Assembly: GCF_018350175.1 (NCBI RefSeq) | Contig: NC_058368.1 | Coordinates: forward strand, 40,364,001 to 40,428,000 | Reading direction: 5' to 3' | DNA length: 64,000 bases | From: Felis catus | Lineage: Eukaryota | Shown here: positions 1 to 12,897 of the stretch, piece after piece | Numbering within the stretch: position 1 is the first letter of the stretch | Layout: each line of letters opens with the position of its first letter | The notes under the pieces: generated by a model | Database searches by the model: none | Told to the model about the DNA's origin: nothing | What the model saw: only the letters and a program-made list of their open reading frames with translations | Program-made: the position numbers and the translations under genes

Positions 1-825
1 TAAAATCCAAATACTTACCTTTTTTTTTTTTTTTTTTTAGCCCATACTACATTTTAGAGAACCGTCAAATCTTAATTTCTTCTAGGGGACAAAAAAGCAA
101 CACTTTATCTTATTTTTTTAGTTATTTCTAGAATTGAGAGCTGAACTGTCTACACATGAAGTAATTTATTTCAGATAGCTATGATGTAAATATCACTTAA
201 ATACTATAAACATTTTTTGCTAAAGTTACTTCAGTAAATATGTTTTACTTCTGTATATTTTTATCTGTAGTATAGTTAACTTGGTATTGCTTTAAATTAA
301 TTGCTTATATCTGATGTGGAATTAGAATGCACCAGCTAGATAAACAAACAAAGAAGTTTTGTGTCCCTGGAAAGATCTGAGATATCTGAGTGGGGACCTA
401 AGGAGGTTTTCTATGAATAAAGTACAGCTCAGAGAAATATTTTCCCATGCATTGTATTTGCCCCAAAGTGAACTACTTTCATGTTTCAATGGCTGATCCT
501 AATTGTAATGTACTTTTGGTTGGATGAATATGTCCTGTTTATCCCATACACGTTTCATTAGTTTATTAAAGACTTGGTAGTCATAATTGAAAAAGGCTTA
601 ATTTTATTATATGTAACAGTTTTAATGCTTTCAGCATCTCAAAAATCAGTTACTGCATCTCTCTGCAACTCTGTACCGCAGGTGACTACAGCCTACCATA
701 CACAGTAGAACAGTATTGAGAGTGAAAAGGGATAAACGACTCTGACAAGTGAACACACAAGTAAACTTATGTACTGTCCAAGCCCACCAAGTCAGATGAT
801 CATGCTACATATGCTCCTTTCATAA

Positions 826-1031
826 TTAAAAATTTTTAATGTTTATTTATTTTTGAGAGACAGAATGAGAGTGGGAGAGGGGCAGAGAGAGAGGGAGACA
901 CAGAATCTGAAGCAAGCTCCAGGCTCCGAGCTGTGAGCACAGAGCCCGATGTGGAGCTCAAACTTATGAGCCCTGAGATCATGTCTGAATCGAAGTTGGA
1001 TGCTCAACTGACTGAGCCACCCAGGCGCCCC
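826..1031 (-). mobile_element. Can-SINE (SINEC_Fc type)
   Basis: Reverse complement reads GGGGCGCCTGGGTGGCTCAGTCAGTTGAGCATC... head, CT-rich segment, AATAAA/A-tail. Confidence 0.95.
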
Positions 1032-1214
1032 ATAACCATCTTTAATATTTTTCAGATTAATGTTCCAGTGAAGACATACAGTGATTTATATAAGGGATCA
1101 ATTTATTTGCATTTAACATCAAGACTTTTTTATAAGAGGGAAGCTCCACCAGAGTTCCTCTAAGTGTTAATCGATTTTTTTCTATCAATTACCAGGAATT
1201 ATGTTGCCCACAAG

Positions 1215-1375
1215 GCACCTATGTATTTCTCATTTAATTGTCAAACACATATATGAAGTGTTATGGTATTTTTTTTCAGATGAGAAACATGAGACTCAGA
1301 GAATTTGTCTAATTTCTAAAGCTTCTGATAGAGCAGAATTTCAGATTGGCAGCCAGGTCCCATATTACTTCAAGT
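1215..1375 (-). mobile_element. MIR fragment
   Basis: MIR core-like TTTTCAGATGAGAAACATGAGACTCAGAGA. Confidence 0.65.
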
Positions 1376-1554
1376 ATTTATTCACAAATACCGTAGAAAA
1401 ATGAGTATATTTAATTTATATTTTAGGTTTATTCTAAATATGTTTTTGTTTCTCCCATTTGAAGCCCATTTAATACTTTGTTAATGCCATGCACAACTTC
1501 ATCGATAATTAATTTTTCAAAGAAAAAGAATATGTTAGCTAAGAGATTACGTCT

Positions 1555-1690
1555 GATTCCTAGGATCAGAAGTTGGCTCTGCTACCCAAAAGTTTATGGT
1601 CTTGGGAAAGTCACAACCTCTCTGTCCTGAGTTTCCTCATTCTGTGAACCCATCAAACAGGATCTATAGTTGTTTTGAAAAGTGTTAGTA
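1555..1690 (+). mobile_element. MIR fragment
   Basis: GGTCTTGGGAAAGTCACAACCTCTCTGTCCTGAGTTTCCTCATT, MIR core. Confidence 0.7.
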
Positions 1691-2864
1691 TACATTATAT
1701 TAGTTAACATAGGTAAAGTATTAATTATTACTATATTTCAATTGTTTAATGTTTATAAAAATATAAATTTATATGTGTTATATATGTTTATGAGTACTTC
1801 ATATATGTGTATAAATAATATGCTCATAAGTATATCCCTTTATATATGTTTATATGTATGTAACTATGTTTATAAACAAATGTGAATTTAAATAGGAATC
1901 ATTTATATCTATACTTACACTTATATATATAATATTTATATTTGTCCACATTTATAAAGTATAATACTTCATAATAAATCAGGAAATATATGGCAAATGC
2001 TAATCATTATTACTGTTTAGTTGTTTTGCTCTTTAATTACTAGGAGAAATTCTATACGATCAACAAACTTAGAAGTTTCACTGTAGTGTCATTTCTACAT
2101 TACTGATAAAATGTTAATAACAGATCTTTCAGAGAATGGGACAAAGAGGAAATACTGTACTTGACTTAGATGTTGTGATAATTTACATATATGCTTTGTT
2201 AAATCTTTATATCCTTAATTAATTTCTTATTCCTTATAATATGACTTCATTAATGTCAGTGACCATATTTTTAAAATGCACAGTGTAGAACATTACCTTT
2301 TGGAAAATTTTAATAAATTAAAATATCCATTGGTTATACTTTTTCTACATGCTTATCACCTCCAACCAAAAACTTGTAATTGTCATCACCAAGCTATTTT
2401 TATTGACTGTTCGCAATATACCCTTCATAAAACTTTTCAAAGTTGGCATAAAGTACAGGTAAGACAGAAATAAAATATAGCTGGATATGTAGGGTATTAA
2501 AGCACTTCCCCGAGCTTACAGAATTACTAAAGGTATAGCTCTGATATAAACCCGTATAAGCCACTGTCTTCCCACTGTGCTAATGTTATTCACAAAGAAA
2601 ATTTCACTTCAATAGATACAAAATAGGATCTCTAATGAACTATAAATGGCATATGAGAAGCAAATTGCATAATGCAAGAGTTGGTAATTTGGCCACAAAG
2701 TATATAAACTGGGTTCTCAATTCTCATATTTTTATGAAAGAGTACATGTGAGTCAAATTTGCTTCTCTCATTAAAGCACGGAGCTTTATAAAGAGAACGT
2801 GTGTGTGAGAGAACAAAAGTTAGATGAAAAAATTACTGAGAATTTCATTTTAGAATCATGTGTC

Positions 2865-3000
2865 TTAATCTGTGAGATGAATCTTGGTCACAATTTGGAT
2901 ACTACTTTTTATTTTACAGTTGAAGTAAAGAAAACCATGACATATATAATAAATAGGTTGCCCAGGGACACATGACAAATTTTACCAAATTCTAGGTGAG
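2865..3000 (-). mobile_element. MIR fragment
   Basis: ATTTTACAGTTGAAGTAAA...TTGCCCAGGGACACATG resembles reverse MIR core. Confidence 0.5.
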
Positions 3001-3022
3001 AACTCTACTTTCCTTGACATTA

Positions 3023-3210
3023 TTTTTATTTTTTAAATTTTATTAGAGAGTGGGAGAGAGGGGAAGAGGGAGAGAGAGAAAGAATCTTAAGCAATCTCTA
3101 CAGTCAGCTCAGAACCCAACACGGGGCTTGATCACAAGACTCTGGAATCATGAACTGAGCCAAAATCAAGAGTTCAACACTCAACCAAGTGAGCCATCCA
3201 GATGCCTCCC
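3023..3210 (-). mobile_element. Can-SINE (older subfamily)
   Basis: Diverged tRNA-derived head ending ~3210, GA-rich segment, T-rich tail; flanking CCTTGACATTA at 3012-3022 and 3227-3237. Confidence 0.9.
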
Positions 3211-3861
3211 CCTTATTAATTTTTACCCTTGACATTAAAGAGTAGTTCCTTTTCTTATTCCTAGTATATCTCTTATAAATTCTTATTATAACTTAGAGAT
3301 ATATTTTACATGCATAACAGTATATGCAGAAATTCAAATACTTATAGAATATACCTGACAACCATGCTTTTTATTTGACCTAAATATACTCTTGTGTCAG
3401 CTCCAATAAGTCATAATCAGTATGTAGTGATTTTACTCATCTTCTTAGAGCCAATAAATGTTTTTATTTATGTAGGAGTTTTGTATGTCACATGTTTATT
3501 GAATAAGTGATTTGTTTAAAAGCAGAAGTTCATGGAAGATTAATATATTTTTTCTTAGCTTCAAAGTGAAACTCCTGTAAACAATTGCATAAACTGAATA
3601 AATGCAATTTTTTATCTTGTTTTATTTTTTATTTTTTAAATTTACATCCAAATTAGTTAGTATATAGTGCAACAATGATTTCGGGAGTAGATTCCTTAGT
3701 GCCCCTTACCCATTTAGTCCATCCCCCCTCCCACAACCGCTCCAGTAACCCTCAGTTTGTTCTCCATATTTATGAGTCTCTTCTGTTTTGTCCCCCTCCT
3801 TGTTTTCATATTATTTTTGTTTCCCTTCTCTCATGTTCATCTATTTTGTCTCTCAAAGTTG

Positions 3862-4005
3862 TCATATAAGTGAAGTCATATTATTTTGTCTTTCTCTGAC
3901 TGACTACTTTCACTTAGCATAATCCCCTCCAGTTCCATCCTTGTAATTGCAAATGGCAAGATTTCATTCTTTTTGATTGCTGAGTAATACTCCATTGTAT
4001 ATATA

Positions 4006-4075
<70 letters not shown>

Positions 4076-7000
4076 CACCACATCTTCTTTACCCATTCAT
4101 CCATTGAGGGACATTTGGGCTCTTTCCATACTTAGACTATTGTTGGTAGTGCTGCTATAAACATGGGGGTGCATGTGTCCCTTTGAAACAGCACACCTGT
4201 ATCCTGTGGATAAATGCCTAGTAGTGCAATTGCTGGGTTTTAGGGTATTCTATTTTTAGTTTTCTGAGGAACCTCTATACTGTTTTCCAGACTGGCTGCA
4301 CCAACTTGCATTCCCACCAACAATCCAAAAGAGATCCTCGTTCTCCGCATCCTCACCAACATCTGTTGTTGCCTAAGTTGTTACTGTTAGCCATTCTGAC
4401 AGGTGTGAGCTGGTATCTCATTGTGGTTTTGATTTGTATTTCCCTGATGATGAGTGATGTGGAGCATTTTTTCATGTGTCGGTTGGCCATCTGGATGTCT
4501 TCTTTGGAGAAGTGTCTATTCATGTCTTTTGCCCATTTCTTCACTGGATTATTTGTTTTTTGGGTGTTGAGTTTGATAAGTTCTTTATAGATTTTGGATA
4601 CTAACCCTTTATTTGATATGTCATTTGCACATATCTTCTCCCATTCTGATGGTTGCCTTTTAGTTTTTCTGATCGTTTCCTTTGTTGTGCAGAAGCTTTT
4701 CATTTTGATGAGGTCTCAGGAGTTTATTTTTGCTTTTGTTTCCCTTGTGTCCAGAGACGTGTTGAGTAAGAAGTTGCTGCGGCCAAGATCAAACAAGTTT
4801 TTGCCTGCTTTCTCCTTGAGGATTTTGATGGCTTCCTGTCTTTCATTGAGGTCTTTCATCTATTTTGAGTTTATTTTTGTGTATGATGTAAGAAAGTGGT
4901 CCAGGTTCATTCTTCTGCATGTCACTGTCCGGTTTTCCCAGCGCAACTTGCTGAAGAGACTGTCTTTATTCCATTGGCTATTCTTTCCTGCTTTGTCAAA
5001 GATTAGTTGGCCATACGTTTGTGGGTCCATTTCTGGGTTCTCTATTCTGTTCCATTGATCTGAGTGTCTGTCCTTGTGCCAGTACCACACTGTCTTGATG
5101 ATTACAGCTTTGTAGTATAGCTTGAAGTCTGGGATTGTGATGCCTCCTGCTATGGTTTTCTTTTTCAAGATTTCTTTGGCTATCTGGGGTCTTTTCTTGT
5201 TCCATACAAATTTTAGGATTATTTGTTCTAGCTCTGTGAAGAATGCTGGTATTATTTTGATAGGGATTGCATTGAATATGTAGATTGCTTTGGGTAGTAT
5301 CTACATTTTAACAATATTTGTTCTTCCTATCCAGGAGCATGGAATCTTTTTCCATTTTTTTGTGTCCTCTTCAGTTTCTTTCATAAGCTTTCTATGGTTT
5401 TCAGCATATAGATTTTCACCTCTTTGGTTAGATTTATTCCTAGGTATTTTATGGGTTTTGGTGCAACTGTAAATGGGTTCCATTCCTTGATTTCTCTTTC
5501 TCTCACTTCATTGTTGGTGTATAGGAGTGCAACCGATTTCTGTGCATTGGTTTTATATCCTGCAACTTTGCTGAATTCATGAATCAATTCTAGCAGTTTT
5601 TTGGTGTAATCTTTTGGGTTTTCCATGTAGAGTATAATGTCATCTGTGAAGAGTGAAAGTTTGACTTCCTCCTGGCTGATTTGGATGCCTTTTATTTCTT
5701 TGTGTTGTCTGATTGCAGAGGCTAAGACTTCTAATACTATGTTTAATAACAGTGGTGAGAGTGTCTTGTTCCTGACCTTAGGGGGAAAGCTCTCAGTTTT
5801 TCCCCATTGAGGATGATATTAGCGTTGGGTCATTCATATATGGCTTTTATGATCTCGAGGTATGCTCCTTCTATCCCTACTTTCTTGAGGGTTTTTATTG
5901 AGAAAGGATGCTGTATTTTGCCAAATGTTTTCTCTGCATCTATTGAGAGGATCATATGGTTCTTGTCCTTTCTTTTCTTGATGTGATGAGTCACGTTAAT
6001 TGTTTTGCAGATATTGAACCAGCACTGCATCCCAGGTATAGATCCCACTTGGTCGTGGTGAATAATTTTTTAATGTATTGTTGGATCTGGTTGGTAAATA
6101 TCTGGCTGAGGATTTTTGTATCCATGTTCATCAGGGAAATTGGTCTATAGTTCTCCTTTTTAGTGGGGTCTCTGTCTGGTTTTGGAATCAAGGTAATGTT
6201 GGCTTCATAGAAAGGGTTTGGAAGTTTCCCTTCCATTTCTATTTTTTGGAACAGCTTCAAGAGAATAGGTGTTAACTCTTCCTTAAATGTTTGGTGGAAT
6301 TCCCCTGGAAAGCCATCTGGTCTTGGACTCTTGTTTTTTGGAAGACTTTTTATTACAAATTCAATTTCCTTACTGGTTATGGGTCTGTTCAAATTTTCTA
6401 TTTCTTCCAGTTTCAGTTTTGTAGTGTATATGTTTCTGGGTATTTGTCCATTTCTTCCAGATTGCCCATTTTATTGGCATGTAATTGCTCATAATATTCT
6501 CTTATTATTGTTTTTATTTCTGTTGTGTTGGTTGTGATCTCTCCTCTTTCATTCTTGATTTCATGTATTTGGGTCCTTTCCTTTTTATTTTTGATCAAAC
6601 TGGCTAGTGGCTTATCAGTTTTGTTAATTCTTTTGAAGAACCAGCTTCTGGTTTCATTGATCTGTTCTGGTTTTTTTAGTAGCATTAATTTCTGCTGTAA
6701 TCTTTATTATTTCCTGTCTTCTGCTGGTTTGGGGTTTTGTTTGCTGTTGTTTTTCCTGCTCCTTAAGGCGTAAGGTTAGGTTGTGTATCTGAGATCTTTC
6801 TTCTTTCTTTAGGAAGACCTGGATTGCTATATACTTTCTTCTTTTGACCGCCTTTGCTGCGTCCCAGAAGTTTTGGGTTGTGGTGTTATCATTTTCATTG
6901 ACTTCCATATACTTTTAATTTCCTCTTTAACTTCTTGGTTAGTGCATTCATTCTTTAGTAGGATGTTCTTCAGTATCCAAGTATTTGTTACCTTTCCAAA

Positions 7001-7723
7001 TTTTTTCTTGTGGTTGATTTCCAGTTTCATAGCATTGTCATCTGAAAATATCCTGGGTATGATCTTCATCTTTTTTACTTGATGAGGGCTGATTTGTGTC
7101 CCAGTATGTGGTCTATTCTGGAGAATGTTCCATGTGCACTGGAGAAGAATGTATATTCCACTGCTTTAGGGTGAAATGTTCCGAATGTATCTGTTAAGGC
7201 CATCTGGTCCAGTGTATCATTCAAAGCCATTGTTTCCCTGTTGATTTTCTGATTAGATAATCTGTCCATTGCTGTCAGTGGGGTGATGAAATCCCCTACT
7301 GTTATGGTATTATTATCAATGAGTTTCTTTATGTTTGTAATTAATTGATTTATATATTTGGATGCTTTCATATTTGGTACATAAATGTTTACAATTGTTA
7401 GGTCTTCATGGTCGATTGACCCCTTAATTATGATATAATGCCCTTCTTTGTCTCTTCTTACACAGTGTTTATTTTAAAGTCTGGAATGTATGAGGTAAGC
7501 ATGGCTACTCTGACTTTCTTTTGTTGACCATAGCATGATAGATGGTTCTCCATCCCCTTATTTTCAGTCTGAAGGTGTCTTTAGGTCTTAAGTGGGTCTC
7601 TTGTAAACAGCATATAGATGGATCTTGTTTTCTTATCCATTTTGTTACCCTATGTCTTTTGATTAGAGCATTGAGTCCATTGACATTTAGCGTGAGTACT
7701 GAAAGATACGAATTTATTGCCAT
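3862..7723 (-). pseudogene. L1 ORF2 (endonuclease/reverse transcriptase), disrupted
   Basis: Starts [20 protein letters not shown] motif [13 protein letters not shown] motif read as LFTDDI (~5640), ends MTSLI*; many frameshifts and stops split it into short ORFs. Confidence 0.95.
3998..4076. repeat. (TA)n(TG)n microsatellite inside L1 ORF2 C-terminus
   Basis: Direct reading. Confidence 0.97.
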
Positions 7724-7795
7724 TATGATGCTTGTAGAGTTGGAGTTTCTGGTGGTGTTCTCTGGTCCTTTCTAACCTTTGTTGCTTTTGGTGTT

Positions 7796-7874
7796 TATAT
7801 ATATATATATATATGTATATACATATATATATATGTGTATATATATATATATATGTGTATATATATATATGTAT

Positions 7875-7906
<32 letters not shown>

Positions 7907-7912
7907 TTGTAT

Positions 7913-7956
<44 letters not shown>
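7796..7956. repeat. Compound (TA)n/(CA)n microsatellite in L1 inter-ORF spacer
   Basis: Direct reading. Confidence 0.97.
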
Positions 7957-7974
7957 TTTTTTTTTCATCTTTTC

Positions 7975-8836
7975 TCCCCTCAGAGAGTCTTTTCAGGACT
8001 GGTTTAGTGGTCACAAACTCCTTTAATTTTTGTTTGGGAAACTTTTTATCTCTGCTTCTATTTTGAATGACAGCCTTGCTGGATAAAGAATTCTTGGCTG
8101 CATATTTTTCTGATTCAGCACATTGAATGTATCCTGCCACTCCTTTCTGGCCTGACAAGTTTCTGTGGATAGGTCTGCTGCAAACCTTATCTGTGTTGCC
8201 TTGTAGGTTAGGGGCTTTTTTCCCCTTGCTGCTTTCATGATTCTCTCCTTGCCTGAAAATTTTTTTGAATTTGGCTATAATATGCCTTGTTGATGGTTGG
8301 TTTTTGTTGAATCTAATGGGGGTCCTCTGTGTTCCCTGGATTTTCATGTCTGTGTCTTTCCGCAAGTTAGGAAAGTTTTCTGCTATGATTTGCTCACATA
8401 ACCCTTCTACCCCTATTTTTTCTCTTCCTATTCTGGGACCCTATGATTCTGATGTTCCTTTTCATGAGTCACTGATTTCTCTAATTCTTAAATCGTGTTC
8501 TTCTGCCTTAATCTCCCTCTTTTTTTCTGCTTCATTACTCTGTAAGTTTGTCCTCTATATTGCTGATTCTTTGTTCTGCCTCATGCATTCTTGCCGCTGT
8601 GGCATCCATTTGAGAATGCAGCTCAGTTATACCATTTTTTATTTCATCCTGACTAGCTTTACTTCTTTTATCTCCACAGAAGGGGATTCTAATCTATTTT
8701 TGAATGCAGCTAGTATTCTTATTTTCATGATTCTAAATTCTGGTTCAGACATCTTGCTTGTATCTGTGTTGGTTAAATCCCTGGCTATCGTTTCTTCATG
8801 CTCTTTCTTTTGGGGTGAATTCCTTCATTTTGTCAT
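7975..8836 (-). pseudogene. L1 ORF1 (RNA-binding protein), disrupted
   Basis: ATG at 8836 gives MTK*RNSPQKKE; ORF1 motifs IRFAADLSTET-QARKEW and QPRILYPARLSF. Confidence 0.9.
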
Positions 8837-10799
8837 TTTGAAGGGAGAAAAGTAATTCATGAGGTAGAAAAATTAAAATTAAAAAAAATATTTAAAAAAT
8901 TAAACACACACACACAAATCTAATAAATGATGCTAGATCCTAGGTGTGTTTTGAGCTGGCTGGTGAAAGTGGTTTGACAGATTAGAGAAAAAACGGGAGA
9001 AAAAATAGGAAATTGTTGAGAATTTGAAAAAATGAATACACTGATGTAGACTGAAATGAGATGATGGGAGTAAAATTGAATTTGAAAAATATACACAAAA
9101 GTAAAAACATAGTGGAATAAAAATTAAAGAAACATATTTTTAATAAAAATTAAAAATAAAAATGAATTTTTTTTCTTTCCATATTCAAAAAAAAGAAAAG
9201 AAACGATAAAGAGAAAAAAGGAAAAAAAAGGAAATGCTTAAAATTTTGAAAAAGTAGACTAAATAAAATGATGGAAGTAAAGTAGAATTTGAAAAAATTA
9301 CATAAAAGCAAATAATATAGTAAAAAATTAAAGAAGAATATTTTTAATAAAAATTGAAAATAAAAATGAATTTTTCTCTTTCTGTATTCAAGAAAAGGAA
9401 AAGGAGTGAAAAAGTGAAAAAAAAATTGAATAGTTGGACCTGCTAACAGATTGAAATACGACTGAAATTACTTCGTTTTCCCCTAGAAGTCAGACTATGA
9501 AGCGCTTTATAGTCTATAAACTAAGTAGGCGATGAGACTTGTGTTCTTGAAGAGGGAGGTTGGCCCAGTTGGTTGGGGCTTAATGTAACTCCTCCGTTCT
9601 CCACTAGATGGTGGTGCTAGCCTACTGAGGTGGATTGTCGTGGTGCCCATAGGTGCGTATGCACATGCATGGTAGCTGTGAAAATGGCATCACCCAGCTA
9701 CCCAGTCTCTACTATGGGAACTCTGTTCTCCCCAATCAGCAATCACACACCCATCTTCTGTCTTCAGCTTTCGTCCACTCTCCGTTTCTTCACTCTCCAT
9801 GACCAGGCCCTAGCAGTACCTCTCTCCCGAGTTTTGTCTCAGATGCGGCTGTCTTCCCCGGCCCCTTACTTCTGAAGGGCTGTGGCTTTGACCCATTCCG
9901 CCCCTCTGCGTGAAGGTCTTACTGAGCAATGGCCGAATGCCGGCTGTACCCAGGAATACTTGCAAGACCCTGCTGTTCCCGGTGCCCAAGACTGTGGCCA
10001 GGTGCCAGCCCACCCTAGAAAATGCTCGCAAGATAGTGTAGCAGTAGCTTTTCAGGGATTATGGAAAATCACAACACACATCTGGCACCAGGCTTCACCT
10101 TTAACTACCTTGTTCCAGCACCAGCAATGTGGCTGTTCTCTGGGGTCTGCTGAGACCGGGTGGCTTCAACAGTCTCTACCAAATGCCCTTACAGCAGTGG
10201 AACCACTTTTCCCCGTGTGGCCTGAGAACCTCCCGGACCCCACTCTGTTCCTAGGTATTCACCCTTCCCACGAGAGCACCGTCAGTTATGGAGCTGCGGA
10301 GTTGCAGCCTTTGTGCTCCCCTTGTTTACAGTCTTAATAGAATTTAAACCCTCTCCTTTCTCCTTTCTCCCTTTTTAGTTTCGTCCTTGTGACTGTTTCC
10401 AATTTTCCACTTTCTCCCCAGCTGCTTTTGGGGAGGGGTGTTTTTCCCATATACTCCCCCGCCCCCAATCTCCGTCCTCTCTCCACCTGCAGAAGCGCCT
10501 CCCTACCTGCTGCTGGCTTTTCTCTCCCCAAGTTCACCTCTCCACGCCATGTACGTGCTGAATTCTGTGGTTCAGGTTGTGCAGATTGTTGTGTTAATCC
10601 TGCAATCAGTTTTCTAGGTGTGTAGGATGGTTTATTGTTGGTCTGGCTGCATTTCATGGACGCGAGACACACAAAACACTTCCATGCTCTTCCACCATCT
10701 TGGTCAACTGAATAAATGCTATTAACTATAATTTGACCTCATTTAGAAAGATTAAGTAAGCTATAATCTTTGAAATTTTATTAAGTGTAGAGTCTCTGA

Positions 10800-10960
10800 A
10801 TTAAGAGATAATTTCTACAGTTGCTAGCTGTGTGACCTTAGAAAATTTACTGAAACTTTCTGTGACTAGTCATCCATCTATAGCTTGGGAAGGATAATAG
10901 TACTGGAGAGACCTGTCATAAATAAAAGGTTAATTCAGGTAAAGGACTCAAAAAATTGCA
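10800..10960 (+). mobile_element. MIR
   Basis: CTAGCTGTGTGACCTTAGAAAATTTACTGAAACTTTCTGTG...GATAATAGTAC. Confidence 0.75.
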
Positions 10961-12888
10961 TATTTTTGTCCATTTTTTCTTTTAAATTTGATGTAGCATA
11001 TGCCTTTGTAAGGCTTTTTTATAGGTATTCATTAAATACCTTTTAATGAGGTTAGACTGCTTGCAAACTGTTGGCATTTTGAGTTTGCATTAATACTTTC
11101 CTTTCTTGCTGAATTGCTGCCATTTTCTTGAATTGTGATTGTCATACAAGGAGAAAAAATAGTCTGTCCTCTAGTCTGTCATGACACTCATGCAATCAGT
11201 GTTGGAGGAAGTGGTCTACATGTCATGGTGACATGCTTAAGGCAGCTCTGCCTCTAGCAATATCCACCACACAATCTATCTGCAGCTGATACAGGTTTCT
11301 TTAGTGGAAAGCAGTTTTGTATTGTCAGATAGTAATGTTGACTTACTAATGTTAATTCACCTATGTACCCTAGGAAGTTACAAGCAATTGACCTGCATCT
11401 CTTAATATGTTTGAATTGCTATACAATTTATATATGTATTACAATTACTATTTCTCTCCTTTTCCTTCTTGTGAAACATGGTTTTATTCATCAGTCAACC
11501 TATATCTTATGGCACAACTAGAAAGCAGTACACAGCAGTATGCTTTAATGCCACTTTAAAATGTTTTCTCCTCAAGTTACTCTAAGTTACATTTCAAAGG
11601 ACTACCCAAAAATAGTTATATTTTCAAGGTCCTAATCTATCCATAGGCTTCGTCTGAGATACCAAATTTCTCTGAAAGTACTGAACTCAATTCAATTTTT
11701 ATAAATCCTATTCATTGTCCATTTGAGATAATCCCAAAGACCTGGCAGAATTTATGCAAGATATAAACAGTGAAGGAGTATGTATTCCCTCTGTGCAAAA
11801 AGGTTAAAATAGAGAAAAACAGTATCTTTGCAAGATAAACATGAAACTTATTAAAAATGAAGTCCATATTAAGTAGAAGAAGGAGTACAAAAGTAAATAT
11901 TGGATGCATTTAAAAGAATATCTGACAAGGTTTCTTAAAGAGATAGAACTTGGTATTACATAAGCCTGTGCCAAGGTGCTTCAAATCTACATCAGTTTCA
12001 CCTTGCTTTTAATATATTTCATGTGATAATTTTGATTTACTTTTGCTGCCAAGGAAACATTAATTCTGTATCAACCTTTTGAAAAATAATCAATTATTCT
12101 TACTGGACTCAAGCCCAGTTGTGCTTTTTCATTTAAGTGTAATATTGAATAAAAAGATAGAGATAGAGGAGAACCAATATAAATTTTCTTCATGAGAATT
12201 ATTAATGATAAATTTTATTCAATAAACACTACTCAGCTTACAAGTTCCATTTTTAAAAATTTTACTATAAAATTGTGTGTGTTATTAAACAGCATTGTGC
12301 TTTAACTGAACGGATATACCCTAGTTCTGTTTTCTTACTGAACAAGGATATCTTGAATGTGTTGTATTATAGATGTGGTTGGTAATGGATTTACTTTTCA
12401 TGTTAAAAATACCAAGATATTTCCATATTAGGTGGTATTCAGTAGCACTTAAAATGCAATATTAAGTTATTACTAAAATCTGTGTATTCCATAGTTATTG
12501 TTTAATCATTGAAATATTTTACCCTGTCCCCCCTGCCCTCATATTTTCATCCCTTAAATTCTTTCTTTTGCTCGCAATATTTTCTTCAGTAACCCTATAA
12601 TTGTTACAAATAGTATTAATATAAGATCAAATATAATTTCTCCTAAATCTTTCAGATTAGGAGCTCTCCAAAAATTAATAGATCTATTATATTTACAAGC
12701 TAGCTTACCAGGCTTTCTTAGCAGGCTCTCTCTGCTATTATTCTTGCTGCTGAGTGTGTTAATTCATCATTCTTTTTCTGTCAGCTGTCTGCACTGTTAG
12801 TTGATTTCCAAAATGCCTGAAGGGTGCACTGTCAGCTGCAGATACCTGAGTCAACATGGTAATATCAGTTGATTTCATTCTAGGCAGT

Positions 12889-12897
12889 ACACACACA

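Larger units (their letters stand above)
3610..10705 (-). mobile_element. Full-length felid LINE-1 (~7.1 kb), inactivated
   Basis: 5' end GACCAAGATGGTGGA at ~10705, GC-rich 5'UTR, ORF1, ORF2 (EN/RT/C-terminal), 3'UTR and A-tail; TSD AACTGAATAAATGC(A/T)ATT at 3592-3609 and 10706-10723. Confidence 0.97.

Noticed and set aside
7650..8066. ORFs rich in IY/HT/CV dipeptides
   Set aside because: Translations of TA/CA microsatellites
3862..8836. L1 ORF fragments as functional RT/endonuclease genes or a novel RT-based system
   Set aside because: Ordinary LINE-1 sequence with many stops and frameshifts
8265..8855. 196-aa + strand ORF
   Set aside because: Antisense shadow of L1 ORF1; no independent evidence
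9882..10337. 151-aa antisense ORF in the L1 5'UTR as an ORF0 analogue
   Set aside because: GTG start, no in-frame ATG; long frames are expected in GC-rich UTR sequence
11216..11238. p53 response element
   Set aside because: Several mismatches to RRRCWWGYYY and a 3-bp spacer
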